A DNA stretch of 55,674 nucleotides, the filler included, from Bipalium vagum (taxonomy: Eukaryota): NCBI GenBank assembly GCA_037834085.1. It is 3 parts of 3 records of this genome, joined end to end, with 100 filler letters (N's around TTAATTAATTAA, not from the genome) between each part and the next. Parts side by side here need not be neighbours in the genome. Positions count along the whole stretch, not along the records: positions 1 to 16,561 come from JBBMKC010105452.1; positions 16,662 to 39,155 come from JBBMKC010220574.1; 1 more part is not named here. One strand, given 5' to 3'. The position numbers were made by a program, and so were the translations under genes. A model generated the notes under the pieces. That model made no database searches, was not told where the DNA came from, and saw only the letters and a list, made by a program, of their open reading frames with translations. Of this stretch, positions 12,493 to 26,434 are shown piece by piece. How positions within the stretch are numbered: position 1 is the first letter of the stretch; every line of letters begins with the position of its first letter.

Positions 12493-13519
12493 TTTACTGG
12501 CGGCAAAAGTCTTGTTCCTTTCAATTCCTTGCTCTTTTCCAAAAAAAATTTCCATCGCTGTTATTTTTCTCTGCTTTTGTTTTCAGATATTCTCGATATT
12601 ATTATTATTCGATTTTTAATTATGAATTATTATCGATTATTATTTCTGTTTATGACAAATCGAACCCTGAGGCTTCGACTCTATTTCGAAATGATTTTTA
12701 TTTCTTAATATTTTATTATTATTACCATTATGATATATTTTTCTATTTAAAAGTTAAATAATTGTCTTTCTTTTGATCTGCACTTCATTTCATTGTTTGA
12801 TGTTCGAGATGGATTTGATTGATAAGAAAGAGATGAAGAGGGTTCAATAGATGTTTCTCGCCAAACTTTGAAAATTTTACTTATCAAATTGATTATTAGT
12901 GTTTGGAGAAGAAACCTTTAAAGGTATTTGGGTGGGGGAGAAATGTTATCTTTGGTGACCTTTTTCGCTTATTATTTTTTTTAATATTTCCAGAATATTT
13001 TATTCATTATGGGAAGTGAGTTAGAAATAACTAATCCATGACGATATTCTGTATGGGTAATATAATTTTTTCAAATTTCTTAATTTCTGCTTACCAAAGA
13101 TTAAGGTTGGTGTGATGCGTTATGGTAAAAATAGTAAAATGTAATGGATATATTAAAAGTTAAGGATGTTTGAGGGTGTTTCGTGCAAAGAATGGTAAAA
13201 ATGAGAGGTAAACTCATTTTTTTCGCTATATAATAAGCACTTAGGATAAAGTAATGCAATTGAGAAAATATTTTATTTTCCATTTAAAATACGGTACATA
13301 CATAAGGATGCGCACGACATTTCATCCAGATTGGACATTATTTTCTTTGTGTGTTGCCATGGAATTTAATATTAATAAAGAGGGATGAGACTAATCCGCA
13401 AGTTTGTGCTCTAATATATCCACAATTTCAAGACGTCGGAATTCATTCATCCTTGTTGCAATGGACCACAATACTTGATGGTAATTTCTCTGGACGGTCG
13501 CCCTTTTAAATGTGACTGG

Positions 13520-15084
13520 TTATCTTTTTATTCCATTTGAGGCACAAGTCAATGCAACAGTGAAAACAATGCGTTCATTCCCAGTAGTCATTACTCACAG
13601 TTTTTGCACCAGACTCGGAAACAGTTCATTCATACTAAATAAACAGATATCTCTAAAAATGGCGGATGATCAATTATATTGCAAGATATGCAATACTGTT
13701 GTTTCCCATTCAAAAATTTTTTCGATGGAGTCACAGAAAATCTATTAAACAAAATTTGAATGAAGAATATAGTAGATAATAAAACGCAGATGTTCATAGA
13801 ACATCCGAAAGATAGCTATAAAAATGATGTGAATACTGTATTTTTCTCTGCAGGCATACCATTGTGGAATTTGAGAAATCCATATATACGAAATCTTTTT
13901 CAAGGTATTGGGAAACCTTTACACTGAACAATACTGTCGATTATTGCTTCCAGGAATGTATCAGGAAGAAATGACAAGAGTGAAGTCATTATTTGACGGT
14001 AAGAAGATATTTATGATTTTTGATGAAATCGATGTATCCGGCAATAGATACGTAAATGTTCTTCTTGGATTATTGAATATCTATAATCCTATTTGGTCGA
14101 TTGTGTTCCATTCTCAGCTCCACCGAATAGCCAAAGTGTAATTCATATTATTAATGATACAATGAAATGTATGGGAATTGGAAGAGATAATTTCTCACTT
14201 TTGCTCAGTGATGCAGCAAGATATATGACTTCGGAAAGTAAGACATTGCACGTATTGTACCCGAATCTTTTCCATGTCACTTGTATTGCTCACTTCATGC
14301 AGAATTGTGCCATGAAAGTTCGAGCTTATTATGAAAATGTTGACAATATAATATCACGACTGGGATTGGCTATTGTTAAAAACATGATTAGATTGAACGA
14401 TTTTATAAAGATTGGATATCCACTAGATATCATTGTGACACGATGGAGAAGTTGGATAAATGCAGCGTTATATTACTCTAAACATTTTCCTGGGGTTAAA
14501 AAATTAGTAGAAAATTGGTCTGGGAATGGTGTTTTGGTAATTAATTGAAATTCAGAAATGCTACAGTTCAATATCTTTATTAATTCAAAAGTTTGAAAAC
14601 AGACATTGCTCGATTACTGAAAAATGGGATTATCTTAATAAGATTAACTTTTATAAGGATCCATGCGAAATTCAGAAAAATAATTTTAGCGAGATTATTA
14701 ACAACTCTAGACCAGATATATCTTCACAGGATTATGTTTTATTAAAGCAATGGCAGTGCAGTACATCAGATGTTGAAAGAAGCTTTTCCATGTTGAGAAA
14801 TGTGCTGTCTAATAAAAGAAATTTTAAACCTGAAAATGTTAAAAATTATTTTGTGATTGCATTCAGTGCATCAACCAATTGTATTGATGTTGATAATTAA
14901 TAAAATTTACTTACGATTATATGTTACCTTATTTTCACAACTTATTACGTAATATGGCTTGTATTTAATAGTCAATAAAGTCAATTTCAATAATTTTTAT
15001 AGGTCAATTTCCATCATTTTATGGGTGAAATATTAGATAAATTTTTATAATCTTGAGGTCAATTTTTTCGGGGCCCTAGTCATT
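13520..15084 (+). mobile_element. Decayed hAT-superfamily transposon (CGGBP1/DUF659-like transposase pseudogene)
   Basis: Frameshifted pieces: BED-like CKICNTVV..H, IFMIFDEIDVSGNRYVNVLLG, LLSDAARYM, HVTCIAH (CxxH), TRWRSW, and C-terminal STSDVERSFSML (stop 14900). Subterminal GGTCAATTT repeats and a terminal GGGCCCTAGTCATTA; left end not found. Confidence 0.85.
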
Positions 15085-15652
15085 AGATTATAAAAAATAG
15101 AATTGAGATTCTTTTTGAAAACTTATTAATAAAAACACATCAATATAAAATATGCTAAAAAATATAGACAAAAAATAAGACATCTTAAGGGTTTTCATGT
15201 TTTGGTTTATTAGAATTAAATATGATTTTGTCAAAAGTCGTCAAACTACTTCTAAACAACTCATTTAATATGTCGAAAGAGTGGGAATAAAATTTCCGGA
15301 ATTTTGTTGTAGCATTGATTTGTGAGAGTTCCCAAAACTACTCACCCAATCGGCATCTCCTAAAGAAACTCGTCAACTCAAACCAATCATTCATCCAATT
15401 ATCAATGTTAGAAACAATAAACGATTCTGATGAAAAAAAATTTTTGTTATGAAGCAGCAATTTTTTTTATTTTTATGATTTGGCGGATGAAAAACAATAT
15501 TTATTATGTAGCTTAATTTTTATTTTAGTAGTTCATTATGAATAAAAAATGATAAGAATAATTATTTTTTAATAAAATTAATAAAATCTTACAACGTGTC
15601 ATATGAAAATGGAAGAGGCAGGAGCATCAGAAATGGAGTCAGCAGCATCTGA

Positions 15653-15653
<1 letters not shown>

Positions 15654-15717
<64 letters not shown>

Positions 15718-15720
15718 TAA
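15654..15720. repeat. (AAT)n microsatellite
   Basis: About 20 near-perfect AAT units. Confidence 0.95.
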
Positions 15721-16561
15721 AAGAAACAACAATAATAAAATAAAATATTCAATATGAATGATGAGACTGTAATTTTATAACAAATACAAATGTGTAGTAA
15801 GATAACGTAATGCCTTGGAATGCGACTGTGATATAAGTAAATAATATAGCATTCGAAAAAGTCTTATGACCCTTACCTTAATAAAATAATAACAATATAA
15901 AATGTACAAAAAAAGAAAATAAAAATTTTAAATTGAAAAAATTATAATAATTTACATTTTCAATATGACATCAGTAAAAAAATTAAATAACGGCAATGAC
16001 GTCAATAGTATAAAAATAAAATGACACCAGTAACAAAAAAAGACAAATATAAACGTCTGAGAAATAGTATAAATAGAGCGACAAAAGTCATAATTTCGCC
16101 ATCTATAAAAACTTTAAAAATTAGTTTACTAGGACTAACAGTAAAATTTTAAATTATTGTTTAATATTACTCTTAAACAGTGTAAGTAAATTATTAGATT
16201 AAAAAAATTAATTAAAAATTTTACAGAATGGGAATATTATTTCAAGTTTCTCTTTTTATTCAACTTATTATTTTTTCCAGTTTTTTCTTTTTGTTTTAGT
16301 TTGAATTTTATAAATTTTGATTTATAAATTTTTAATTTTAAAATTTCATACATTTTAAAATTCTTTAACTCATTATTTTTTAGGAAATAAACATTTTATT
16401 ATCATAAAAATAATTGAAACCAGAGAGGATTTATTTTGTGTTGAATGTAATACCAATTTTATAAATAACATTAATTTTTAATTAAGCATTAATTTTTCAT
16501 TTAAAATCTAAAATTAATAAGGAAACTTTAAATAAAATTGATAATAATATTTTAAGGAACT

Positions 16562-16661
16562 NNNNNNNNNNNNNNNNNNNNNNNNNNNNNNNNNNNNNNN
16601 NNNNNTTAATTAATTAANNNNNNNNNNNNNNNNNNNNNNNNNNNNNNNNNNNNNNNNNNNN
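16562..16661. other. Assembly gap with artificial six-frame-stop linker
   Basis: 44 N + TTAATTAATTAA (16606-16617) + 44 N. Confidence 0.95.
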
Positions 16662-17080
16662 ATTATTATTGCCACTATCGGGTTTTGTGTATTTGGCCAA
16701 TCCAACAGGAGTTTGCAGGGTCCTGTAAGTCACCAATCACTTTGCCACTACTGAATTGTAAATTCATATTTATGCCCTCTATGCGATAGGAGTTATTTGG
16801 GGGTTTCTGAGCGAACCGGATTGAGATCAGCAAACCACTCTTTGGACTTGTCATCGACACAACATTTAATTTAATTGATTATTATTCAAGACATTTGTGA
16901 TCGACTATTGAAAAATTTGTAATTGAAGACATTTTATTGATTATTTAAGATATTGTGTTTGTTATTGTTATTTTGGTAATAAAGTGTTGTTCGTAATTGT
17001 TTCGATTCATTCATTTGCGCACAGATATTGACAAAAGTGAAGGGATCAGTAAACTTTGCGAGCTAAGTGTTACGATAACA
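16662..17080 (+). mobile_element. Possible solo-LTR fragment truncated by the gap
   Basis: GC-richer non-coding block abutting the gap, with AATAAA at ~16978 and a ...TAACA end; 5' end is lost so no TSD can be checked. Confidence 0.25.
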
Positions 17081-20000
17081 TTCATAGTAAAATAATAATG
17101 TAACACAATCATAACTTACTTTCTGTAAATAATTTTTACTAAAAAATAACTTTAAATTTTAAAAATTATAATTAAATAATTTTAGGATGACATGCTACTG
17201 ATTAAAAATCAGTAGTTCGTCCTAAAATAATATTTTAAAATTTATTTAATTAATTTGAATTATTATTTGATAATAATTAAAATACATAATTTTAAATTAG
17301 CAAGCATGTTATTTAAATTTTATTTTTCGCAAAAATTGTATTTACAGAACGTTAAAAGATTGGAGTCGAACTTGAATAATATTACTTTCTTCATCAAAAG
17401 TGCAAAATTTTGTTCAAAATGATTTTTGTTACACTAACTAATAGATAAAGTCAGATTGAACCATCAGCCTTGAAGGAGGAACTCACTACCCAGTTTTTGG
17501 AGTCTCTGGTTCTACCGGAAACTTCTATCAGTGAGATCATCGAGGTCGTGACTCTACATTACAGAAAAAACTGGATTAAATTAATCGAATAATATTTATT
17601 GTTATACTTCGTAAAAATGTATTTTAAACACGGACACGAACCAATAAATAGATATTTTTTGAAGTCAGTTTGAGAACAAAAATTGGTTCATATTTTCAAA
17701 ATTATTCACAAAGCCTTGATTGCTTTATTACACAAGTGAAGATAGTTGTTAACTATATTTTTTATTTATAACTATTTTCAAGGCTTACCTATTTAAAGCT
17801 TTACTTATATTTACAAAATATTAACCAAATTATGCGCTCAATCTGCAAAATATCAATTGGTTAGGTACGCTATGTGGAACTATATATATATATATATAAA
17901 ATGTTAGATTCGTCCAAAGACACCTCTAAAGAAATTTACAAATGAAAAGATCGCAAGAAAGTCGGTAATAGCAATAGCAAGAATAATAATAAAAGAAATA
18001 TTATTGATAGTAAATAAATAATAATAAAATAATTTAAACAACCAATTGTTTGGTTTATGGCCTTGAGAAAAGTATGAGTTTTCTGAGTGATGGTTGTTTT
18101 TATTAATAGGAAAACACTCATGGAAATTCAAGTATAGTTTTGGGAAGAATTCCCTCTGCTGACGCCAGTCAATACCAAGAGTAGTCATTTGATTGGCAGA
18201 AGAAAAATCATTATATAAAGAGTTAAGAACATCTTATATAGTTCATAGAAATTTAAATAGGGTTTTTTTTTGTTATTAATATATTTACTTTAAAACAGAT
18301 TTCGTAAAGATATATTTGTCAATTTTTGGGAATCCGTGGAAATTTCAACCACATGATGATTTCAATTAAGGATAACCAGCCAACCATATGAAGCCCAGTC
18401 GTCTTTAGACGACCGAAAGATGTCTAACTGATGGCCCAACAATTGAGTTGTGTTTTTCATTTTTCTTTGAGTGGTAGGAATGCGACTATTGCATTAGTGA
18501 TGAGTTTGATAATTATTAACAAAACGATTCATAATAATTCGAAGTCAATTGTTTAGAGTCTTTTATAAATGGCGGATATCACTTAAAATGAAAAATTCCT
18601 TAAACTTTCCCAGAACCAAAAATATAAATATTAATCGATTTATAAAGTAAAAACTTAACAATAACCAAATTAATGTTAATCTCTCCATTTCTAAAGCTCA
18701 TATTAATTTTTTTATTTAATCTATCCAAACAATTACCAAGACTTCATAATTTACCATGAATGTACAGTGATGGTGAAGCACATAGAAACTAAATTTATAG
18801 AGCACCCGGTAAATGATAAAAGGCGTCTAATCTGTGTAAAACAAGCCCATAATTTAGAAAGATCAACATAAAACGAATGAAAATCTGAATCACATATACA
18901 AATAAACAGAAATATATTGATTTTCTAAGACAAATTAACAAATTTAGTCAGGTCACATTATTCGTTGATCTGTGCTCATTATTCACATTCCGTGATGAAT
19001 CCAGCCCACAAAAATTATTGTTATACGAACACGATGAATCGCGCCCCCAGCCCCGACCTGTCCAAACGTGATTGACTGTATCAGACAATCATTCAATATT
19101 TATTGTATGGCTCAGCCAATGTTGCCGCGAAACTCTCGGCACTTGATTGCATGTCCGTCCGTCAAATATGCTTTGACACCACAACCAACATTGAAAAACA
19201 TACCGACATGGCTGACATATATACATACCGACACATGCACACTGTCGAAAACCAAGCCGACATGCACCCACCAAACCGCTGTACCGACATTGTTTAAGGA
19301 AAATGTCAGCCATAACGAGCGTCTTCCATCACAGACATCAAAGAAGCCCCACAAAAACCAAGTCTCTTAGCGAAAAAAATTTTTTTTTGCTGTGTAGATT
19401 TTTCGAATTTTTAGACAAATTTATTCATTTGATGTGTACCGGTGCTTTGAAATTTCATAAAAAGTTTGGCTTGTTAGTTGATATCGGTAGTAATCAATCA
19501 CTTGTTCTGCATGCGTGTCAATCAGTATTTTTACTACATCAACATTGGCATCGTCAGAATTGACGTCTACGTTAATGATGGCTGCTATCGCGGTGTGTGT
19601 GTGTGTTTGTGTGCATGCCATTAACAATATTCCATGATGGAGAGATACGGGGGACTGGCATGAATCTGGAAGCAGGACAGAAAATTATCAATGCACTAGC
19701 TCGCCACTTTGACACGTTACTTCATTCACACAAATATAGCGGATAATGTGGCCTATAAATCAGATTTCATTAATAATTTGTCAATACAGATTTGTGTCTG
19801 TTCCTAAATTATCAAACGCCGATACCGACTAAACCTAGAAGCTAATATTAACTTTCATTAGAAGATAAAATGTTTTATCCTCGTTTTTTGTTGTAATCTT
19901 TGAGTAGAAGAAATGTGATGAAATTAGTCCATTAGAGATTTTCTATTGAATTTTAAATGATTTTCAAACCATCTTCACAATGTTATTTAGAAACCTTTCA

Positions 20001-20914
20001 TTAAAAGATGAAATGGTTTACTTTCATTTTTCTGTAATCTTTTCCGAATAGTGATAGCTATCAACTGAAAAACGTATCCATCGAATATTTAATTAATTTA
20101 TTAAAAGAATTTTGATTAATTAAAAGTATTCTGACTTCCCAAGTCGTTTCATTATCATTGATGTGTTAGTAAAAATCTCGAGTTTATTGTCATTACACTG
20201 ATCACGATAATTTCAGTTTAATGATTTGGATAATTATTTTAATCATTAATAGAAGACGCTTTAAATTAAGCTATTATTCTGATTTGTGGGATCTTGTTGG
20301 TCTTGTGGTCTAATGATGTATCCTCCCTTGGTCTTCAATCGAAATATTTTATTGATATTCAATACTGTCAAGTCTGTTGATGTCCATCACTGACGTTTTG
20401 ATGTTTCTGCTGAAGTGACTTTCATTTTTTTCGAACTCTTAAAGCAATGAGTTCAAAGCTTTCGACATTAAATTTTCCGTATTCATTTTTTGATTCGAAA
20501 TCGGAGCTGATACATTTTATAACTTTACAAACCTTAATTATTTATATTCTTAGAACGGTCTTAGGAATAAAGTAAAGTCAAACTATATTTAAATAAAAAA
20601 AATAAAAATCTATCTATTGATTTTTCACGTTATTTTTATATTATTTATTATTTTTTATGAATTTTCATTTAATATTAATATTACCACAATTAATTATAAT
20701 ATCATTAATATTAGATGTCTGAATTAATTTTCGGATTTCTCTCAGAAATAACTTAAATAATATGTATACCAAAAATAATCACATATTTACTGCTGGAAGT
20801 ATTGTCAACCGCTTGCCACTATGTGTTCACAGTTTAAAATAGTATTTATCACATTTATATAGTACCACACATTTATAACAAGTCAGCCTTTGTCGGATTT
20901 CGGAAATTAATTGA

Positions 20915-20916
<2 letters not shown>

Positions 20917-20966
<50 letters not shown>

Positions 20967-20975
20967 TATTATTAT
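20917..20975. repeat. (TAT)n microsatellite
   Basis: TAT run with single-base interruptions. Confidence 0.9.
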
Positions 20976-22438
20976 ATTTACATTCGGTGCACAAGTTTTT
21001 TAATTTTTAATGAAAAAAACCAAAATATTATTGGTTGTATATCTCAGTGACTTTCTTTAGATGGAAATAATAATAATAATAATAATAATAAAATTATTAT
21101 ATTTTAAAATTCAGATAATCGGTGAAACTAAATAAACATTTAATGAAAATTAATTAAAATAAGATTAGAAAATTAAAACGAAATGATTATGATTGGAACG
21201 ACATGAGTTAAGCTAGTAAACAGTTTACGAATTAAACACACTATTCCAAATGAAATTATGCGTCCTACAAGAAACCAAAGGAATCCCAAGTTGTTATTTC
21301 TCCTCCGTGTTTTTATTTTTCTTCCTGTTGGATTGGAGCGGTGTTATCAGACCTATTTTAAATGAAAATTCGGTAACAAGCTAGTTCAAAGCAGATTGTG
21401 TCAAACCGGTATTGATGTTGTCTTGATTTATCTACCATTTTTGTCGAGTAGGTATTGATCCGACACATTTATCATGATGCTTCTCATAGAAATCCAATGA
21501 CAAAATGCCAAAATAAATTACCAACAAGCCATCATCTTTTAAATGATAAAAGAATGAGATAAAAACTTAGTTTTTTTTGTATCAAAAATACGATTTTCTT
21601 TGTTCGCGTTCTGTTTTTCTGATTGTTCTTTTCAAATTTACAATTTATAATAAATTAGTTTTTTTTTCGTATGACATTTTGGACTTATTTGATTTCAATT
21701 AGGCTTTTAATTAAATAAAAATTATATTTATTAAATTATATATATATTTAATGTAAATTGTTGTTTAATAAGGAACTGGATAATTAATAAATTTATTAAA
21801 TTTAACAAAGACATAATTATTTCTTTCACATTTTTACTTTAATTCTTTTATAATTTTTAAAATTTTTCACTATTTTAAAATATTTTTCTGAAAAAATAAT
21901 CATTAAAATCAATTAAGAAATAAATGTTCTCTTACTAAAACTGATTTTAAAATTAAATAAAAAAAGTATTCCTTATACCTGACAATTATAATTAATTTTG
22001 TCAGATAATTTCTTTCTAAAAATTTCATTTTGTAAAAAATAATCACATAGATATCACTCGAATTATTTTTTCACATAATTTCACTGAATAAAATATCATT
22101 GAAATAATCAAATATTCAATTTATCAAAATTAAATTAGAAAAAAATAAATATTTTTATGACCACAAATATTGGGAAATATAAATATTCTCAAAAGTTTAT
22201 ATTATTTCAAGTAAAAAAATTAAATCCATATTTTTTTCATACATAATGCGGAACTTATGTTAATTTTTAAAGAAAATGGAAAGCTCAAAATTTTCCAATA
22301 TTAATTTTTCAGTTCTTAGAAATATCATAAAAATTATACAATAAAAAATTAGTGTGTTCTTATTGACTTTTATATTTATATTTTCGGTAAATGAATTTTA
22401 AAAATATTTTTATTTATATTATTTATTAATTTAAAATA

Positions 22439-22923
22439 TTATTTATTGGGGTCGTGAAAAATAACTCCAGCGAGTGCCAAGTCATGCTGAAGTTCTTGAT
22501 TTGTTTTTCTGGGATTTAATTTACTTTCAATTATTAAAAAATCTTCATCTCTTCTCTTTGTCTTCCTTTTTCTTCCACATTTACCTTTTCTATTCATCCC
22601 AATCGTCCCAGAGTTCCTTTTTGTTTCAATATCTTGTTTACAGCTCATAAACTCACATCACATTTTTTATAAATAGTTCTTTGAGTCATTGATGTGTGTT
22701 AACCTAAAGTAACAAACTTTGTGCGCTTCTCGAAGAAATATTCCTCTTTTAAAATAAATAAAACGTAAATCAGAGCAGTCTGGATCCAGCCTTCATAAAA
22801 ATTTGGTAAAATCAACAAGTCTGTAACTTGCAATACTTTGTTACTCACTAAATGTCAGACATAACTGCGAACACATTTAAAAGTGTAAAAATTATTGTAT
22901 TCACATTAATTGACACAGTACTG
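22439..22923 (-). mobile_element. Tc1 5' fragment
   Basis: Minus-strand SGTIGMNRKGKCGRKRKTKRRDEDFLIIESKLNPRKT..LQHDL (Tc1 HTH/GRxR region) and a TA-flanked CAGTACTGTGTCAATTAAT terminus at 22923. Confidence 0.8.
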
Positions 22924-25324
22924 TAATTTGTTATTGTTTGATAGGGTTAAATTTACCTTTTAGAAAGTTAACATTTAGATAAAGTTACTCATCACCAAAA
23001 GAAACATTTGGGAAATATTTTGCATTAGCGGTTGTTAATTTTCTGAGAAATGTCTAAGTATTTAAATATTGATAAGTATTAATTTTAAGTGATTTATACA
23101 CAAATAATACCTCTTGAGGTAATGTTTTATTATTTTAGTAAAATTTTGAATTATGAGACTGAAAATCAAAATCAAAGACAATAATAATAATAAAATTAAT
23201 AAATGAATTGATAATAAATTATTGTCAGAAGTAACAACAATAATGATCAAAACCCAAAGATATCAGATATGAGTAATTATAACGACTGTACACTAAGAAT
23301 AGTAATAAATTATACTTTGGAGCTTATTCACGAAAACTTATGAAATAATCAATTGTTTTTGACAATATTCTTGATTACGCGATCGGATTGGTCAGGTTAT
23401 CAGTAATACTGATATGTAAAGAAGCTCCTAATTCAATAATTCCATCAATAATGAAAGTAGTTGGCATTCAAAATAGAGTAATCAAGTAAGAGTTAAACGA
23501 TAAACTGTCAAATTAGTGAGAACCCATTTGAAACTACATATTATTTCATGCTAAAATTTTGCAAAAAATACATGTGAAATTTTAGTTTTTGTGTTTTGAG
23601 ATCCAGATATAATTTTTTAATAAATTAATTTTTTTAGTTAACATTTTTCCAATAAAACTAAGAGGAAAATTCTGAGATTATTTCATGCTTACTTTAATTA
23701 AGCAAAAACGTATTTCGAAGATTTCTTAAAAAATTAAATATGCAAAGTCCTTGGATCATTTTTTATTTCAAATATAATTTTGTAAAATCTTAATTTGTGT
23801 TAATTGATTTATTCAAATTATTAACGAAACAGATGTAAACTATTATAATGTTAAATTCTCGGTTGATTAGGTCCACCGTATTAGAGAGACTTAACATATT
23901 TAAATAAAAATTTGTATACAGCAATTTAAAAAGTCTATTCATTAGATTCCATAACCGCTTTTAATCTGGGCCGAGACATGTTACATGCTTGTTTTACATC
24001 TTCCATATTTAAATATGAACTTTTGCATTGATTTGTGCGTCAACCGCATCTCAAAAATAATAATTATCGATGGTTTCTAGTTAAAGGTTGAAGGAGACCA
24101 AAAAATCGAAGACCAATGTTAGATGTCCTTTACTTTATGAGATGGAGCCGTTTCTTGTTGGATTATATACTTTATCCAACCACCTTGTTGATCAAGAGCT
24201 TCAGAATCGTCTCCATTATGTTGATATAGTTCTCTGTTAACTGCAAGGCCTATTATAAAACGTGAGGACGTCATCTTTACTAGATATGACAGCCGACACC
24301 AATGCAGATTATAATAGATGAAAGTCAGAACAACAGAGACATGCTATCATCTTCAGAGGTCATTTTGTATTTATATTATTTAAGTATTCCTTATTGGAGA
24401 CATTTACCACCAAGCTTCCTGTCATTAAGAATGTACCTTAAGTTTACCTCTTGGCTTTTTCTATCAAGAAATATCTTCGTCGGATTACATAGAATTTTAG
24501 CACTAGTTCAATCTTCTTACTTTATGTTAGTTTTCGCCTCATTAAAGAAAGGATGAAATCCTTTCCCACAATACAAGTATCAATGTATTTTATAATTAAT
24601 GTATCAACAGTTTAATTTAATTTTTTAAAGGAATTTTTAAATTAAATCTTTGAAACATACTTAAAAGTTCTATAAAATTTAATATATAAATAAAAGTTTA
24701 AATATAAATTAATTATATTTTTTTGTTTTTAAAGTGGAAAAAAACTTTGCATTATCAAATAATATAATAATAATATTATCAATCGACAATGGAAAATAGT
24801 GATAACCTCACAATCACTAACAAGATTTATTATTTTGACAAATAAAAAGAATTAAAGAAAAAAACACTACCGTACGAAATTGATCAGCACATGTATTAAC
24901 CCTTTTATAATGAACCGATCAAAGTATCAATTCTAAAAATAAAAATGTATTATTCGCATTATTATTGATTCGGCTGATAGTAATTTTTCAGATTTTTTTG
25001 CTTGACTATTTTTATTGGTTGAAAAATTATAACAATACATGGCTCTTTTTGATAGAAAATTTATTTTTAATTGTTTTTTCGTAGGAATAAAATTTATTTA
25101 TTAATAGTTTGTTATTTTTGTTCAATTTTTTATTTGTTTTGTATTATAAAATGATGGGACTGTGTTTGTTCTGCTTGACGAAACAAGACTCAAAGAAATC
25201 CCCAGTGTGTGACATCCAGATTTAATTTTCTTTAATTAATTTTTAATAAATATTTCTATAGTTATAAATCTGTTTATTTTTATGCTTTGTATATTAACAA
25301 AATATAAAAGATATTTTTGGTATA

Positions 25325-25772
25325 TTGATTGAAAAGTGTAATATATCGGAAACTCACAGCCAAACGACTGAAAAGGATACGCATGGGAAAGTGATATTGA
25401 TATATGACAAGGCCTGGCCTTATTCTGCCAAAATTGTGAAAGATAAATTAAAAGAGCTGAATTGGGATTATCTCACTTTCCACACTGACTGGACATTGGT
25501 TCGTCGGATCAACAGTGTTCCTGTCTATCGAACACGGTCTCTCTAAGCAGGGCTTCAAGAATTTTGAAGATGTTAAAAAATGATTTGAGGATTAGATTTG
25601 GTAGAAAAATCATCAATTTTTTCAATGACGGAGTTAAAAATTACCCAAAGATTGGAAAAACAGTGACATGAACGATGGAAATTAATTGTAATAAAAATTT
25701 CATTTGCTTTTTCCTTTGTCATTGATTTTATGAACTCTATAAACTGGTGGGGTCATACTTGTATACTTAATA
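25325..25772 (+). mobile_element. Mariner 3' fragment
   Basis: GKVILIYDKAWPYSAKIVKDKLKELNWD is a decayed HDNARPH motif; C-terminal remnant to ~25686 and a TIR-like end ...ATACTTAA-TA. Confidence 0.75.
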
Positions 25773-26434
25773 AATAAAATTTTAAATACAATTTATAATC
25801 TTTTTTATCAAAATACACACAAGTATTATCCACAATAAAGTGACTGGTTCATAAAGTTACCTCAGTTATATTAAATATCTGTATTTTAAGGTTCATACTT
25901 AGTGGAATTGGTACTGAAGTGTATCTCCATAGAATCATTTGACATTGAAAAGGTGCAGTTCAGTCATTACAAGTCTAAATAGAATTGATATAGAAGTAAA
26001 CATCAATTGGAGTAATAATTTTATTACGATCTAACAGGAGCAGTAAAATCTTCATCAAATTATTTTCAATTTCAAGGTTTTTCCAGATCGGAAAAATTCC
26101 GTTTCTACAGTCACATTTCTCAGGTTACCTGTTGCGGTTGAAAAATAATTAATTTCACTGATTACTATACCACAGAAAAATATGATTTTGAACCTTTAAT
26201 TAGTATTTATAGCTCTAATGTAACTTATTTACTACTAGAAAATCAGCCTTCCTATTTCACTTATGTTATCAAAATTATTACTGGTATTAATGTTCAACAT
26301 TATCAACCAATTATTACTAATTATTATTATGACTATAATATAATTTGTAAGTTGAATAGTAAAATGGAACTGATAGCAACCAGTAACTCTTAAAACTCAT
26401 TAGAAAGAAATCTGAAATTAATAATAATTAAGTT

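Noticed and set aside
16606-16617. TTAATTAATTAA palindrome between N runs (also 39200-39211)
   Set aside because: Identical 44N-12bp-44N layout at two places; an artificial six-frame-stop scaffolding linker, not biology.
19059-19092. miR-219-like fragments (TGTCCAAACG, GACAATCA)
   Set aside because: Seed and body are not contiguous; only a short palindrome.
19068-19627. Cluster of overlapping ORFs on both strands
   Set aside because: Explained by locally higher GC and repeated motifs; no domain or splice-consistent model.
20360-20384. miR-8/200-like string CAATACTGTCAAG...GATGTC
   Set aside because: No complementary arm to form a pre-miRNA hairpin.
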